This document shows positions 53,001-64,000 of a stretch of 64,000 nt of DNA, in pieces (position 1 is the stretch's first letter; each line of letters begins with the position of its first letter). The position numbers and the translations under genes were made by a program. The notes below the pieces were generated by a model. It saw only the letters and a list, made by a program, of their open reading frames with translations. It was not told the origin of the DNA and searched no databases. The stretch is from Trichoplax adhaerens (taxonomy: Eukaryota; Animalia; Placozoa): assembly GCF_000150275.1 (NCBI RefSeq), contig NW_002060959.1, positions 742,371-806,370 on the forward strand, in the 5' to 3' direction.

Positions 53001-54405
53001 TTGTATTCCTATTCTGCAATGATCACATTTTCAAGGTTTTAATTTTAATTTCATATACCAGGATCCGCTTAATTACTTATTTTAATCTTATATATCTAAC
53101 GCTAAATCATCAACTTTTATAAGATACAGCTATTCAAAATCGGTTATTCGAAACCGTTTAAGTAATATAACAGATAGTAAGTCTAGGCTAAATTATTTAC
53201 TGCTTTAGCATATAATATACTGTCGGGAAACTTATCCTGTATAATATATCGCTAAGATCCGAACGGTAATAATTGCGAAATACAATTAATTACATTTATT
53301 TATTTATGGGCAGGCAGAATGCTAATTGTTAGTTTATGACTCATCATACAATTTTTGACAAATTTAATTCTGGAATATAAGATTAATTGATTTTGCTTCC
53401 TAGAATGCCGTCTCGAACTGTTACAATATTTATATATCTAATTACAAATAATCAGATCTTTTATTTTAGCGTTCTAACTTATTTTTTCTAGTGGAATTTA
53501 AGACAGGAATAAATCATGCATTTATTTCCATCGATTTGCTGGAAATTACATTTTACAGTTGTATTTTTTGAAGTATCACGGTGGCAATAAGAAATTATGT
53601 AAAGACGTCGTGAAGTACAAGAAGTGGTGTGATTTTTATTGTTGCTTTATGACATCATATCGTCAACAGATTTTAAGTTTTCCTCATCTTGAAATATCAT
53701 GAATGGCTGCATCAAATGCCTGCAAAATAATGTATCCATCTGAAGTACAGCAGTTGAGAAAGATAGTTTTAATTTTTGTTCCCTATTTATCGAAAAACTA
53801 GGATAAAATAAAGTCATAGCATTTTTAATTAATTATATTATAGTTTGAGTGATGGCAAGATAGAGAAATCTCATATAACAGAAATTATAGTAACAACCTC
53901 ATTTATTTCAATGATCTACAAAAGCAGGATTTTTCTTAAAACTTTCATCGATTTACCCGGGCCTGGTTATTTCATTGATGAGCAATATGAATTTTCGAAT
54001 GAATATTGATTTTTAGAGAAATTATCAAGACATTCTTATCTTGTGTTATGGCCTATATCAAGTGCTAATTTAGTGAGCAAAATTTTTGTCTAGCATTAAT
54101 TTTATTAATTTGAGTTTATAGTACAAATTACGTGATCATATTACTTGATTATCAATTTCTTCTGCCCACGAAAAAATTTTGGTTCATACTACAATTCATT
54201 GCTAATATCCAAAATATTTCTAGCGATATGTATTCGTTCGAATAGAAATCGAAAAAACCAATCAATTAATCAATGTTTTGGTATTTGTTAACAAAGATAT
54301 GTAGCATGTTTTCTGCAGCATAAAATTTGTGTTTTGGATTGAAATATAGACATAGTGATAATTTCTAGTACATATTGCAACTCCAGAAATCATATATATA
54401 TGTTA

Positions 54406-54510
54406 CGGCCATTCCTAAGAATGATTTTGTCCTTAAGATTGATCACGGCCAATGCTAAGACTCCGGCCATTCCTAGGAATGGCCGGCCATGAATGCGGCC
54501 ATTCTTAATA
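54406..54510. repeat. GC-rich short repeat cluster with a 24-bp perfect palindrome (possible MITE remnant)
   Basis: Five CGGCCA-initiated units (CGGCCATTCCTAAGA-like) at about 54406, 54446, 54464, 54484 and 54496. CCGGCCATTCCTAGGAATGGCCGG at 54463-54486 is a perfect palindrome. Confidence 0.7.
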
Positions 54511-57500
54511 TACGTAGCTTTAATGTAATACTAGAATACGAATGTAAATTCTGTCCCGGTATATTTCCGCTTTATTAGATAAAATATTTCTCCAGTATAA
54601 CATTTGAAGTGCTATACCAATAATTATGCCAAAAGACTGTCAAAAGTACTTCAAGTAAGTCTCTCTATAGTTTATTAGTAGCCATAATATAATATTCGAC
54701 TTTCTTCTGTAAATCATATGTTGCCCAGAAGATGACTAAGATGTAATAAAGCAAAGTGCATTCTATGTGGTGACTAACTTTTCGATTTTTATAGCAAATC
54801 TACTTAGATCACTCAAATATTGGTGTTGAAAAGAAATGTGAAAATTATTCGTGAAAGAAATCTGAAATCCGATTGTTAATTCGATCTAGTTATAGCAACA
54901 TCGGCAGTACTTGATAGACTAGATTAGTAATATTGGACTGTATTAAAATATTTGAACCCCAACCATGGAATTTAAGAGTAGATTGTAATGACAGAAAATA
55001 AGACATTAAATTTCGACCTATAAATATCAATAATATATCATAAGTTAGCACCAAACGGCTTGTATAGTGCTAAATTATGCCTATTTAGTCGAGAATATCT
55101 GGTAATATTTCTTTAAAAGCTATAAAACTAGAAGTAATACTTTTAAATATCGCCGTGACAATATGCATATCGCGTCTTATCTTTATGTTCTTGCTTTAAG
55201 AGATGAATCAATTTAGCAATCATTGACTTAATATTTAAACCACATTCACAAATTTTATGATTTTATCTTACTTTTTAATTGGATAAAATTCAAACTACAA
55301 ATTTAGTATATTGAATGGAATTGAACATTTGATAGGAGTCTAAGTGCAGTCAGGGATTGCTAGACCCATATTTACTCACTAGCACAGCTAGTTAAGTTAT
55401 ATCAGAATTATTGACGTCTTGAAATTAATTTATCTTAATGAGTGATTGATATTAATGTAGAGAAAATGTATGTCATGCATCAGCAATGTTCCTTTTCAGT
55501 ATAATTTTGCATGAAATATTTAGCATCTTGGACTGTTACTGGTTGTAACACCCTGTCATTTCCATTTCTTATTAGTAAGCGTTAATTACTTCTAGTGCTG
55601 TGTTAACAGAATTTTAAACTAGACGACGTTAGTTGAAAGTTTTCGAGAACGATATCAGAGGGAAATGATGCAACAAAATTCGAACAATATCAACAATAGA
55701 AGTACAGAAATAGTGTCAGCTGATTATAGAAAAATAAGCCTTGATAATTAAATCATGATTAAGCTAAATCAATTAGTAAAGCAATGTGGTCAATAGGGAT
55801 AAAGAAGTTAGACCGGATGGTCTATTGATGATTGTTAGTGTATGATTGATAATCATCGCAGTAACCAAGTGGCATTAGTAAAGTATAGAGATGCTATTGA
55901 TGTCTCACCATGTGGGAATTCTATTTTCCCACCGAGTATTAATTTCAATTAAAACTATCGAATGAGACGACTGGAATAAACTAATTAGGATACATACAAT
56001 GCCGATAATAATGATTGAATGGAGTTGATCCATCCGCAGAATGTAATTACATCATGTATGCTTTCTATCCAGCATGGTTATCACTATCTTTACAGCTAAT
56101 TTTGCTGTAACTGACATCGGATAGAAAAGATCACAAAGAGATAAAAACTAGTAAATACTAAGATAAGCTTTGCCTCTGCTTTTGAGCCGCGTATGTGCTA
56201 AAGACTGGTCGAAATTACTTAATATTAAATATTATTTTGAGAACCAAAATCTAAACCGTACTAATTGATACCTGTCTTATTAGACGATTAAAGTATATTT
56301 GAAAGAAATTCTCATCCCGATCGCCATCAATACTCATTTCAATCGTGATATTTTCATTTTTTATTTATCGAATAAACCTTTTAAAGATTTTATATCATGC
56401 AAAAGATGTGATGGTTGGCATTTTAAAATAATATTAAATTAATCACGTATTAAATTGAGACATGTATGGATAAAGAAAATAGTAGACATAAAGTTTTAGT
56501 ATCTTACTCCGCCTATTATACTCTTTGATCAATCTCCACCCATCACAGAAAGATAATATAATGCTATTCTCATCAAAACCATCATTATCTCGTTGATAAC
56601 AAGTGGAAAGAAATAATAGATTTAATTAAAGCTGGGAATTGTTACATTTGCCTCCGTTTCTACAAAAAAAACTATTAAATATCAGATTCCTTTTTACGTG
56701 AGATGATCATATTTGATTATCTAATTACTCTATATTAAACATAGAGAAAAATAAGAATGCTACCTTTAATATAGTAAAATTAGGCCCTAAAATATAACAT
56801 CAAATAATAATTATCAAATGGTAACGATGAGAATCTGACAAATGGTTCTTGCCTAAATATTTGCTCGTAATCACAATTAACCTTATAGATGATCATCTAA
56901 TTGTTAACTGCTAAATATAAGATACGCTACACTAAAACATTAAAGCAGCATTCTTATTCGCGAGATCATGCGATTGGATTTTGAGAAATAATAGAAAATT
57001 TAGTGTATTGGAGAGACAACATATATATGAAGTAAAATTCGAACTAAAAATTTGGTATTGACGTTACAATTCTAAAAATGGTTGGATAAAGCGTCATAGA
57101 TCGAGCATCGTATGTCTTTCATGTTGTAATATGCAAGATACTATGATTAATGGTGATCGGAGAAAGGTTGATTAAAATTATCATTTCAACTATAGAGAAT
57201 TAGAATGAAGCGGATGATTATAATTTAATGCAGGTTTATCTATCAAATGCTTAGAAAATATTCTTAAAATAATTAAATTTTAATTCAATCCTTGCTATGA
57301 TGAAAAATTTAAAACACCGCATTCTTTTTTTCAACATCAATTAAAAATTAAATTAAAAGATAAGCCAGTAAATCAGTCTCCAAGTGATACTTTTCTTCAC
57401 TTTAGTTCAAGTAAAATAAACACATAGCTCTTCCTACTATTCTGTCAACAAGGTGGCAAAACAAATCAATTACAAAGCAATAATTGATTTACTATTTGCT

Positions 57501-60048
57501 TGGTACTGTCTGCATACCTGTCAAAAATTATTATAATTTATTTCTGACTTCAAATAATTCAATATAGTACATTTCTTTGCATAATCATGATTACTTTTTG
57601 AGTAAATAGTAAATGGATTAAAGTTTCTAATACGATTTAGTTATTCATCTCTGGTTTTTACTTTAATAATGAGAAGCATAATGGTGCTACTGAAACCTTT
57701 TGATTGCATCAAGATATAAATATATATTATAAAGGTGAATTATTTATAATAAGAAGATGATATGGAAAGATAGGGATGAGCTTTAGACTGATTTCATCAG
57801 CATACTTTATGATATTTTCTTTCATGCAATGGGGTAGGAAAAATATCGATTGTTATTCATAACTAAAACTTTATGTCATTCTAGCTCGTAGCCTGCTTAT
57901 TCATTTTTGCCTATTCTTTTTGCTTTCTAGTTTGCCGATGATACTGTCTAGTCGTCGCTCAAAAATTGAATAACTATATAATATACTACTCTCTCTAGGG
58001 AATTATTATTTTAATCTTAAGCAATACACAGTTTGCATTAATTTAAAATGTTTATCAGTCGGATGACAGCAACCCATTTCAAATTTGAACATATTGATAC
58101 ACTGATCGCTTGAAGATTGTTTAATCAATTGATCTATGCGCGTTATCAGACGATATTAAAGATCAATTGCAGATGATGTAACTTCAATATAATATCAGTT
58201 TTCGATTTACACCTTAAACAGTCATAGAATTACTTCCTTTAAATTTTCCTTCAATACAAGTATTAACATCTCGAAATTACCAGCAACTAACCCATCAAGA
58301 GGACTGATTAGAAACTGCTGAATGAAACAAGATAATCTTTTATGGTCGATTCGGTTGTGATTGAATTGCCCACCCTCGCTCATTCATCATTTAAGGCAAA
58401 ATAGAATGAATTAACTATTGTAGATTATGGATGATAACTTTATATCCATTTTATCGATCAATAATATATATACAGAGCGTTTGAGATGATTGCTTGATTG
58501 AAGACCAATTCTTATTTATCTTCTATTTAATATTGGCCAACTGCTCCTGAATGTATTTATGGCAGCCATGCAACCTGCCTTATTCTCATGATGCTAATGA
58601 TGATTGCTGATAAAAATTAATAGCTTCACAGTTGAATAAAGAATAGTTCACATAGCTTACTTGGAAAAGAAAAATGTGTTATTCAAGTTGTTTATCGATT
58701 GTTTGAAAATTAGTATGATCATCGCTCTAAAATTAGAAAACAGTGAGATAACAATGACAGAAGGAAGTTATATGATCAGTTCTACTGAGCACGAAGATCT
58801 ACTTTACGTGGGAAATGTACTCGTAAAGTCATTTCAACTTCTAGTATTACTTAAGTAGCATTTTTGGGGGTATTTTTCTTCATGTACAGTCTATCAAGTT
58901 GATCGAAACTTGACTTAACTAACTATAATAGATAGCACTATTAATTGATATCCAATAGTGTCAGCAAGATGGAGTATAACATGTCTATTATATTTTTCCA
59001 ACCCAAACTGTCTATTGCTATTATCAACATTACATTGAATGTCTTGTCTCATTTTTTAATACGTCTAATCTTCATTTGTTAGGTTGAAATAACATATATC
59101 ATCATTCTATTCAATCATCAAGTAATAACAACTGGACTATCTCTATTCAATTAGTCTGATGGCTATTCATGACAACGATAGACCTATTAATCCATCATCA
59201 TTATTCCTTCATCTCCATAATAATAGCAGATAATTTTTAGCCATGTTGTAGCTTTACATGATGATGTCTTTCATGCCTTGAACTCATGGGATCTATTGTA
59301 TGTCTATTATCCAAATGATAGTATTGTTTGATCTTTAAGTTATTTGTTGGTTCAAGGCACCCTGGTGATTTGATGATATTGGACAAGAAGTTAAGGCATA
59401 CTGTCTATTGGAAATTAATACACATTTTGTCTTCATGGGGTGCTGAGGGTAGGAAATCAATGGGGGTGTGAGTGATCAAGATAGAAACTGAGAAAATAAC
59501 TTAAATATACCCATACAATCAGTATTACAAAGTGAAATAACAGATTAAACTTGTAATAATAATTCCTATCAACAATTAACCGACTGTTCATCATACAGTT
59601 AAAATGCTGAATAGAGGACAAAAGACAAGCCAAAGAGGTGGGGGGGAATTTAAATTAGTTCAACGATTGCAGACCACATTGAAAACAGTCGGCTATACTT
59701 ACCACCTTATGACAAAGGAAAAAGAACAGCAGGTAGAAAGCCTTTAAATGAGTCAACTGTAAGGCGTATTACCTCAGTTACTTTCATCGCTACATCAAGT
59801 TCACATCGATCAATATTGCAATTTACCATACTTTTACCTACTTCTCTATTTTTACTAGATTGACTAACTTTTCAATTGCTGTATTAGTACTATTCCAGTA
59901 GGCATCCTTGAACTACTTTTTGGGATAGAGTTGCAATCATAGCCGAAATTACTTTTTTTATGCAACAAATTTGCCTTGTCCATCGATAGTGTCTTATCGT
60001 AAGTTATTTGCCCCTAGCAAAATTTCATTACAACTATTTCTTAACATA

Positions 60049-63000
60049 ATGACAGAAGATAGTCAGGAGAGAAAGCAAAATGCCTTTTCCATCAGCAATT
60101 TACTTTCCAAGAATCCAGCATGTCATAATGATGCTCATGTAGCTAAAGACAATTATCCAAGTCGTGATGGTAGTGAATCACCTGGAGATGAAGATAGTTC
60201 AGATTCTTGTTCCGTTGTATCATCCGATGGATCACCATCACAAGAAAATCAACTTGAAGGTAAATAATGTTTCATAAATTCAATTGACCAAATATTTATT
60301 TTTCGTCGTCATTTGAGCTATTTTTTCAAGTTGATACTTTATTTGATGAAGTGTTATCGCATTTGATCCTCGATTGCATACTCTCTTTGATAGCTAAAAA
60401 TTTAGTTCAATATCCATTATTGAATTTCGTTGACAAAGAAAGTAGCAGATTATTGCTGCTGTTATTAGTACTGAATCTTAGTTTATACTTCAACTAACAG
60501 TAATAATAGCAATTCTTTCCGTTTCCATATTGCTCGTATTTGCTAATTCTCTCTCAACTGACTGACAATCTACCCTATTGAATTAATCGACTAGAAGGTC
60601 GTCGACTATAATAGCATTAGGCTATTCTTGATTCTGATTACTAAAGACATCTGCATTATTTCCAATTAGGTCATGAATATTAATAATGTTGCCATATTAA
60701 TCAGTCGTTAAAACTGCGTTTGTGTTAGAATTAAAGACTGAAACAATAGCTTTGACTTGATGACACAAGTTTCGAGTATTTCACCATATTCTGTCATTAA
60801 GATAATCCACTTAGTAAATTACTATTTTTATTATTTTAATCTTAGATTAACGTCATCGTTGTGTCGATAATTTACTTTATCCAATTTTATTTAATTAATT
60901 ATTTGCAGGAAGACCATATTTTCTCCGTAACATAATTCAGTTAATTTGCGGATCGAATAATTAGCATAGGATTTCAATCTTATTCGATCATTTCAATCTG
61001 AAATCAATCACTTCTGACCAGCATCAGTAGAAAATGGTAATCATCATCGATGATTTGATCTAGAGTTATCGGAAATAGTTAAATATTAAATAAGAGTCGA
61101 AATTGTAATAGCATTTGCCAATTTATCCTAACTCTTACCCAACTACGGTAATAAAAACTGTACAGGGTAGAATCAATCGACCAAGATGACAAATATAATT
61201 TTTATTTATCAAATAAATTAAAATCTATCAAACCGCAAACAGTAAAGAATTATCCGCAGCTTTCTCGATTATTCAAACTAAGATATTTTATTTACCACTG
61301 AAATAATCCTAATCCATGCGAAATGGATGTAAAAGTATTGTTCAACCACAATAAAAGCTTAGTGGAGTGTAACTTGGAATGAAATTGATTCTTGCGCAAT
61401 TATACTCTATATTACTTTCATCGCCTTTGTGATACTAACGAATCTTAAATTCATGCTATATGACCACCGCGATTAAACGTTCAATGTCCTATAATACAGA
61501 TTAATGTTAATAACTCGTCAATTCGCATAAATTTTGAATCAGGCCTCATCTATCTTTACTATCAATTCGCTGATTGATTAGATTAGATTTTGTTTATAAA
61601 AATCTTAATGACCAAGTATTGATATGATGCGTACAATTTTATCCTTTCTTCGACTTGAAACAAAAGTTGATTACAATGAATAAATTATTTTAAATAGTTT
61701 GCTGATTAGATCTTATTTTGATTTTCTTTTTACTTTTAATTTTTCTACTTCGATACCGTTTACGACAGGAATCGGAAATATTTACTTAACTTTGATTTTT
61801 GATTACTAACGATAACATCTGTTCAATTATCTGAATTAACTGCGACATTATGATTTTATTTTACGGCAAAAATTTCCAGAATCTCTTATTGATTATTTGT
61901 TTATCCTGGAAACGATATTATAAGATTGAGAAAGAAAATTTATTTATAGATTCTAATGATAGGCCGAATACACTATACAGTATCAGTATGAACACAGAGT
62001 CAGAAAATAGGACTTATGAGTCTCTTAGCGTACAAATATAAATTAGATATCTTATATATATATATACAGTATAGTGCTATAACATTTCATGAAATCTTTA
62101 TAACGTGCGCAAACCAGAAAAAAAATAGGGAGGCGTAGTTTCTCTGCAGTACAATTGTTTCTTATTCCCAAATTTTCTTGCCTGAAAAAAATTTCGATAC
62201 GATTGTCAATATCGTCATCATTCCTGAGTTTTGGCGCTATATTGTTCAATTATATCGATCTGATCTAAGCCTTTGACAATATTTTGTAATGGCTGAAATT
62301 GGCGATGAAATGCTGTATTTATTCAGTAATGGATAAATCTTTTTTCAACGCAATACCTTCGCTAAGGCAGTATCTGTGAACGCTTTTAGTCTATAGCAAG
62401 TCTTAAAATGTTTAGTTCAATATGCGTAGGAATGACTATGACCTTTAATGCCGTGATGATTATTACATCAACACTAATTATATACAGATATAGCTAAGCT
62501 TACCAACATTATTCCAATGGGCTAAAATACTTTCTTTAAATTTAACCATTAGGTAAACCTAATGGCCAAGGCCATCATCGCCATCATCGTCATCATGATC
62601 ATTCTTCTCAATCTAAAAAATTAAAAAAGAAAAATAAGAAAAAGAAGACCAGAACTGTCTTTTCACGAACTCAAGTTATTCACTTAGAAGCAACATTTGA
62701 TCAAAAGAAATATTTATCATCAGCTGAACGCGCTGGTTTAGCTAATTTGTTATGCTTAACGGAACAACAAGTTAAAATTTGGTTTCAAAATCGCCGTAAT
62801 AAATTGAAACGTCAATTAGCCGAGATGAAAGCAAGTAATATGATGACATTAAGAGCACAAGGTTTCAATAATGGTGTATCACCAGTCTATTATCAAGAAA
62901 GAACGCCAACTGGTATTAGCATGTCCAATGCTGAAATTATTCGAACACTACCTCAGGCAGCATTACCGCATCCATCACCAATCCATTATCCTCAGGCTCA

Positions 63001-63070
63001 TCATTTACCTCATCATCCACATCCACTTTCTTTTGCTTCAATGGCACAACTACGCGCTATGATGATGTAA
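60049..63070 (+). CDS. HMX: NK5/Hmx homeobox transcription factor, 2 exons, ~242 aa
   Basis: Exon 1 is 60049-60259 with the eh1 motif FSISNLL and donor G|gtaaat. Exon 2 is 62553-63070 with a His-rich stretch and [60 protein letters not shown] (Hmx signature TRTVFSR, ERAGLA, RRNK.KRQL), followed by PVYYQE (resembles the Hmx PILYHE motif). Confidence 0.95.
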
Positions 63071-64000
63071 AATGATCGTCATTTCCTATTTTGGTAAAGC
63101 CAAAGAGTAATGGGTACTAAGAATGTCGAATATCACCACAATTCCTGGTATGGTGGTCTATGATGAGAAAGAAATCTTCACGCTCTAATAAAGCCTCACG
63201 TTAAATTAATCATCGTTATGCCATCTTGTATCCCCTAATTTTCAATCACTGCATTTCTTGCTTATAAAATATATATTAGTAATAATATAATAATTCATTG
63301 GATAGATATAAAAATTTCAAAACTGAAAGAATTGATCGTATTTATTGCAAACAACAATTCGTAATTTTAACAAGATCCATATCTATTTGTTGTTAGTGAC
63401 TGCTCAGATTAATCGTATGATTGAATCTAATTTATTGCTTTCAAGTCCAACTATCATAACGTAAACAGAATTTGTTCTTATGTTGATTAAGGACAAATTT
63501 GATAAAATGTACAATTTAGGAATTTAGGAATTCAGCCCAATTTGTTATAGCCTGATATTTCGATTAGCTATCTTTGTTGTATTCTAAGTTGCTTTCGATG
63601 AGTTAACCGATATATCTTCTGCCTTATCTAATTTAAAGAGGTAATTTTTAGTCAAATGATAGACTATTGGTTTTATTTATAACTCTGTTCTACATTTCAC
63701 GATACTTATGATTGATATTCCGTTGCTGATTCGCTAACTCACTGGTTCATTTATTTAAAGCGTTGTAACATACAGTCTCCATTACTCCTCTCCACCTTAA
63801 CAATTTTAAAATTATAGACACAAATATTTACCTAGCAAATAGTAGAAAGTTACAAAGGGCAAACATCACTGATGGTGTTAAGGATAGAAATTGGTTAAAT
63901 TGACTGATTTTCAATATAAGCTATTGCACGCCCAAGATAAGATATTAGTTGATAATATCAGTCTGTAAGAGGTTATTATATTAAAACTGGATTGGAAATG

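Noticed and set aside
33740-58858. Assorted 60-90 aa ORFs in the long intergenic interval
   Set aside because: Mostly non-ATG starts with I/L/F/Y/K-rich composition typical of random AT-rich DNA; no domains or splice support.
62871-63062. Alternative-frame ORF within NK5 exon 2
   Set aside because: Overlaps the conserved NK5 frame with no independent support.

Overview
AT-rich, intron-containing animal genomic DNA. Short introns, compact genes and the NK homeobox set suggest a basal metazoan, most likely a placozoan such as Trichoplax; this is inference, not verified. The first 15.4 kb is gene-dense: a head-to-head pair of 5-exon CsgA/C-factor/sniffer-type SDR oxidoreductases (one has Cys in place of the catalytic Tyr), a histone stem-loop binding protein gene (SLBP, minus strand, with a probable GC-AG intron), a TACAG/CTGTA palindromic repeat block, and MZT1. 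The rest is an NK homeobox cluster segment: NK6 (minus; its homeobox exon is missing from the ORF track), a highly divergent orphan Q50/T47 homeobox gene (minus), a ~29 kb interval with no intact gene, and NK5/Hmx (plus). Between the homeobox genes I find six solo LTRs of two related families, plus one weaker candidate. Each of the six has a perfect 5-bp target-site duplication and TG..CA-type ends, and they share a 3' terminal stem-loop. A TTAA-flanked micro-MITE and a palindromic GC-rich repeat are also present. Exon coordinates were derived by hand from splice signals and reading frame.
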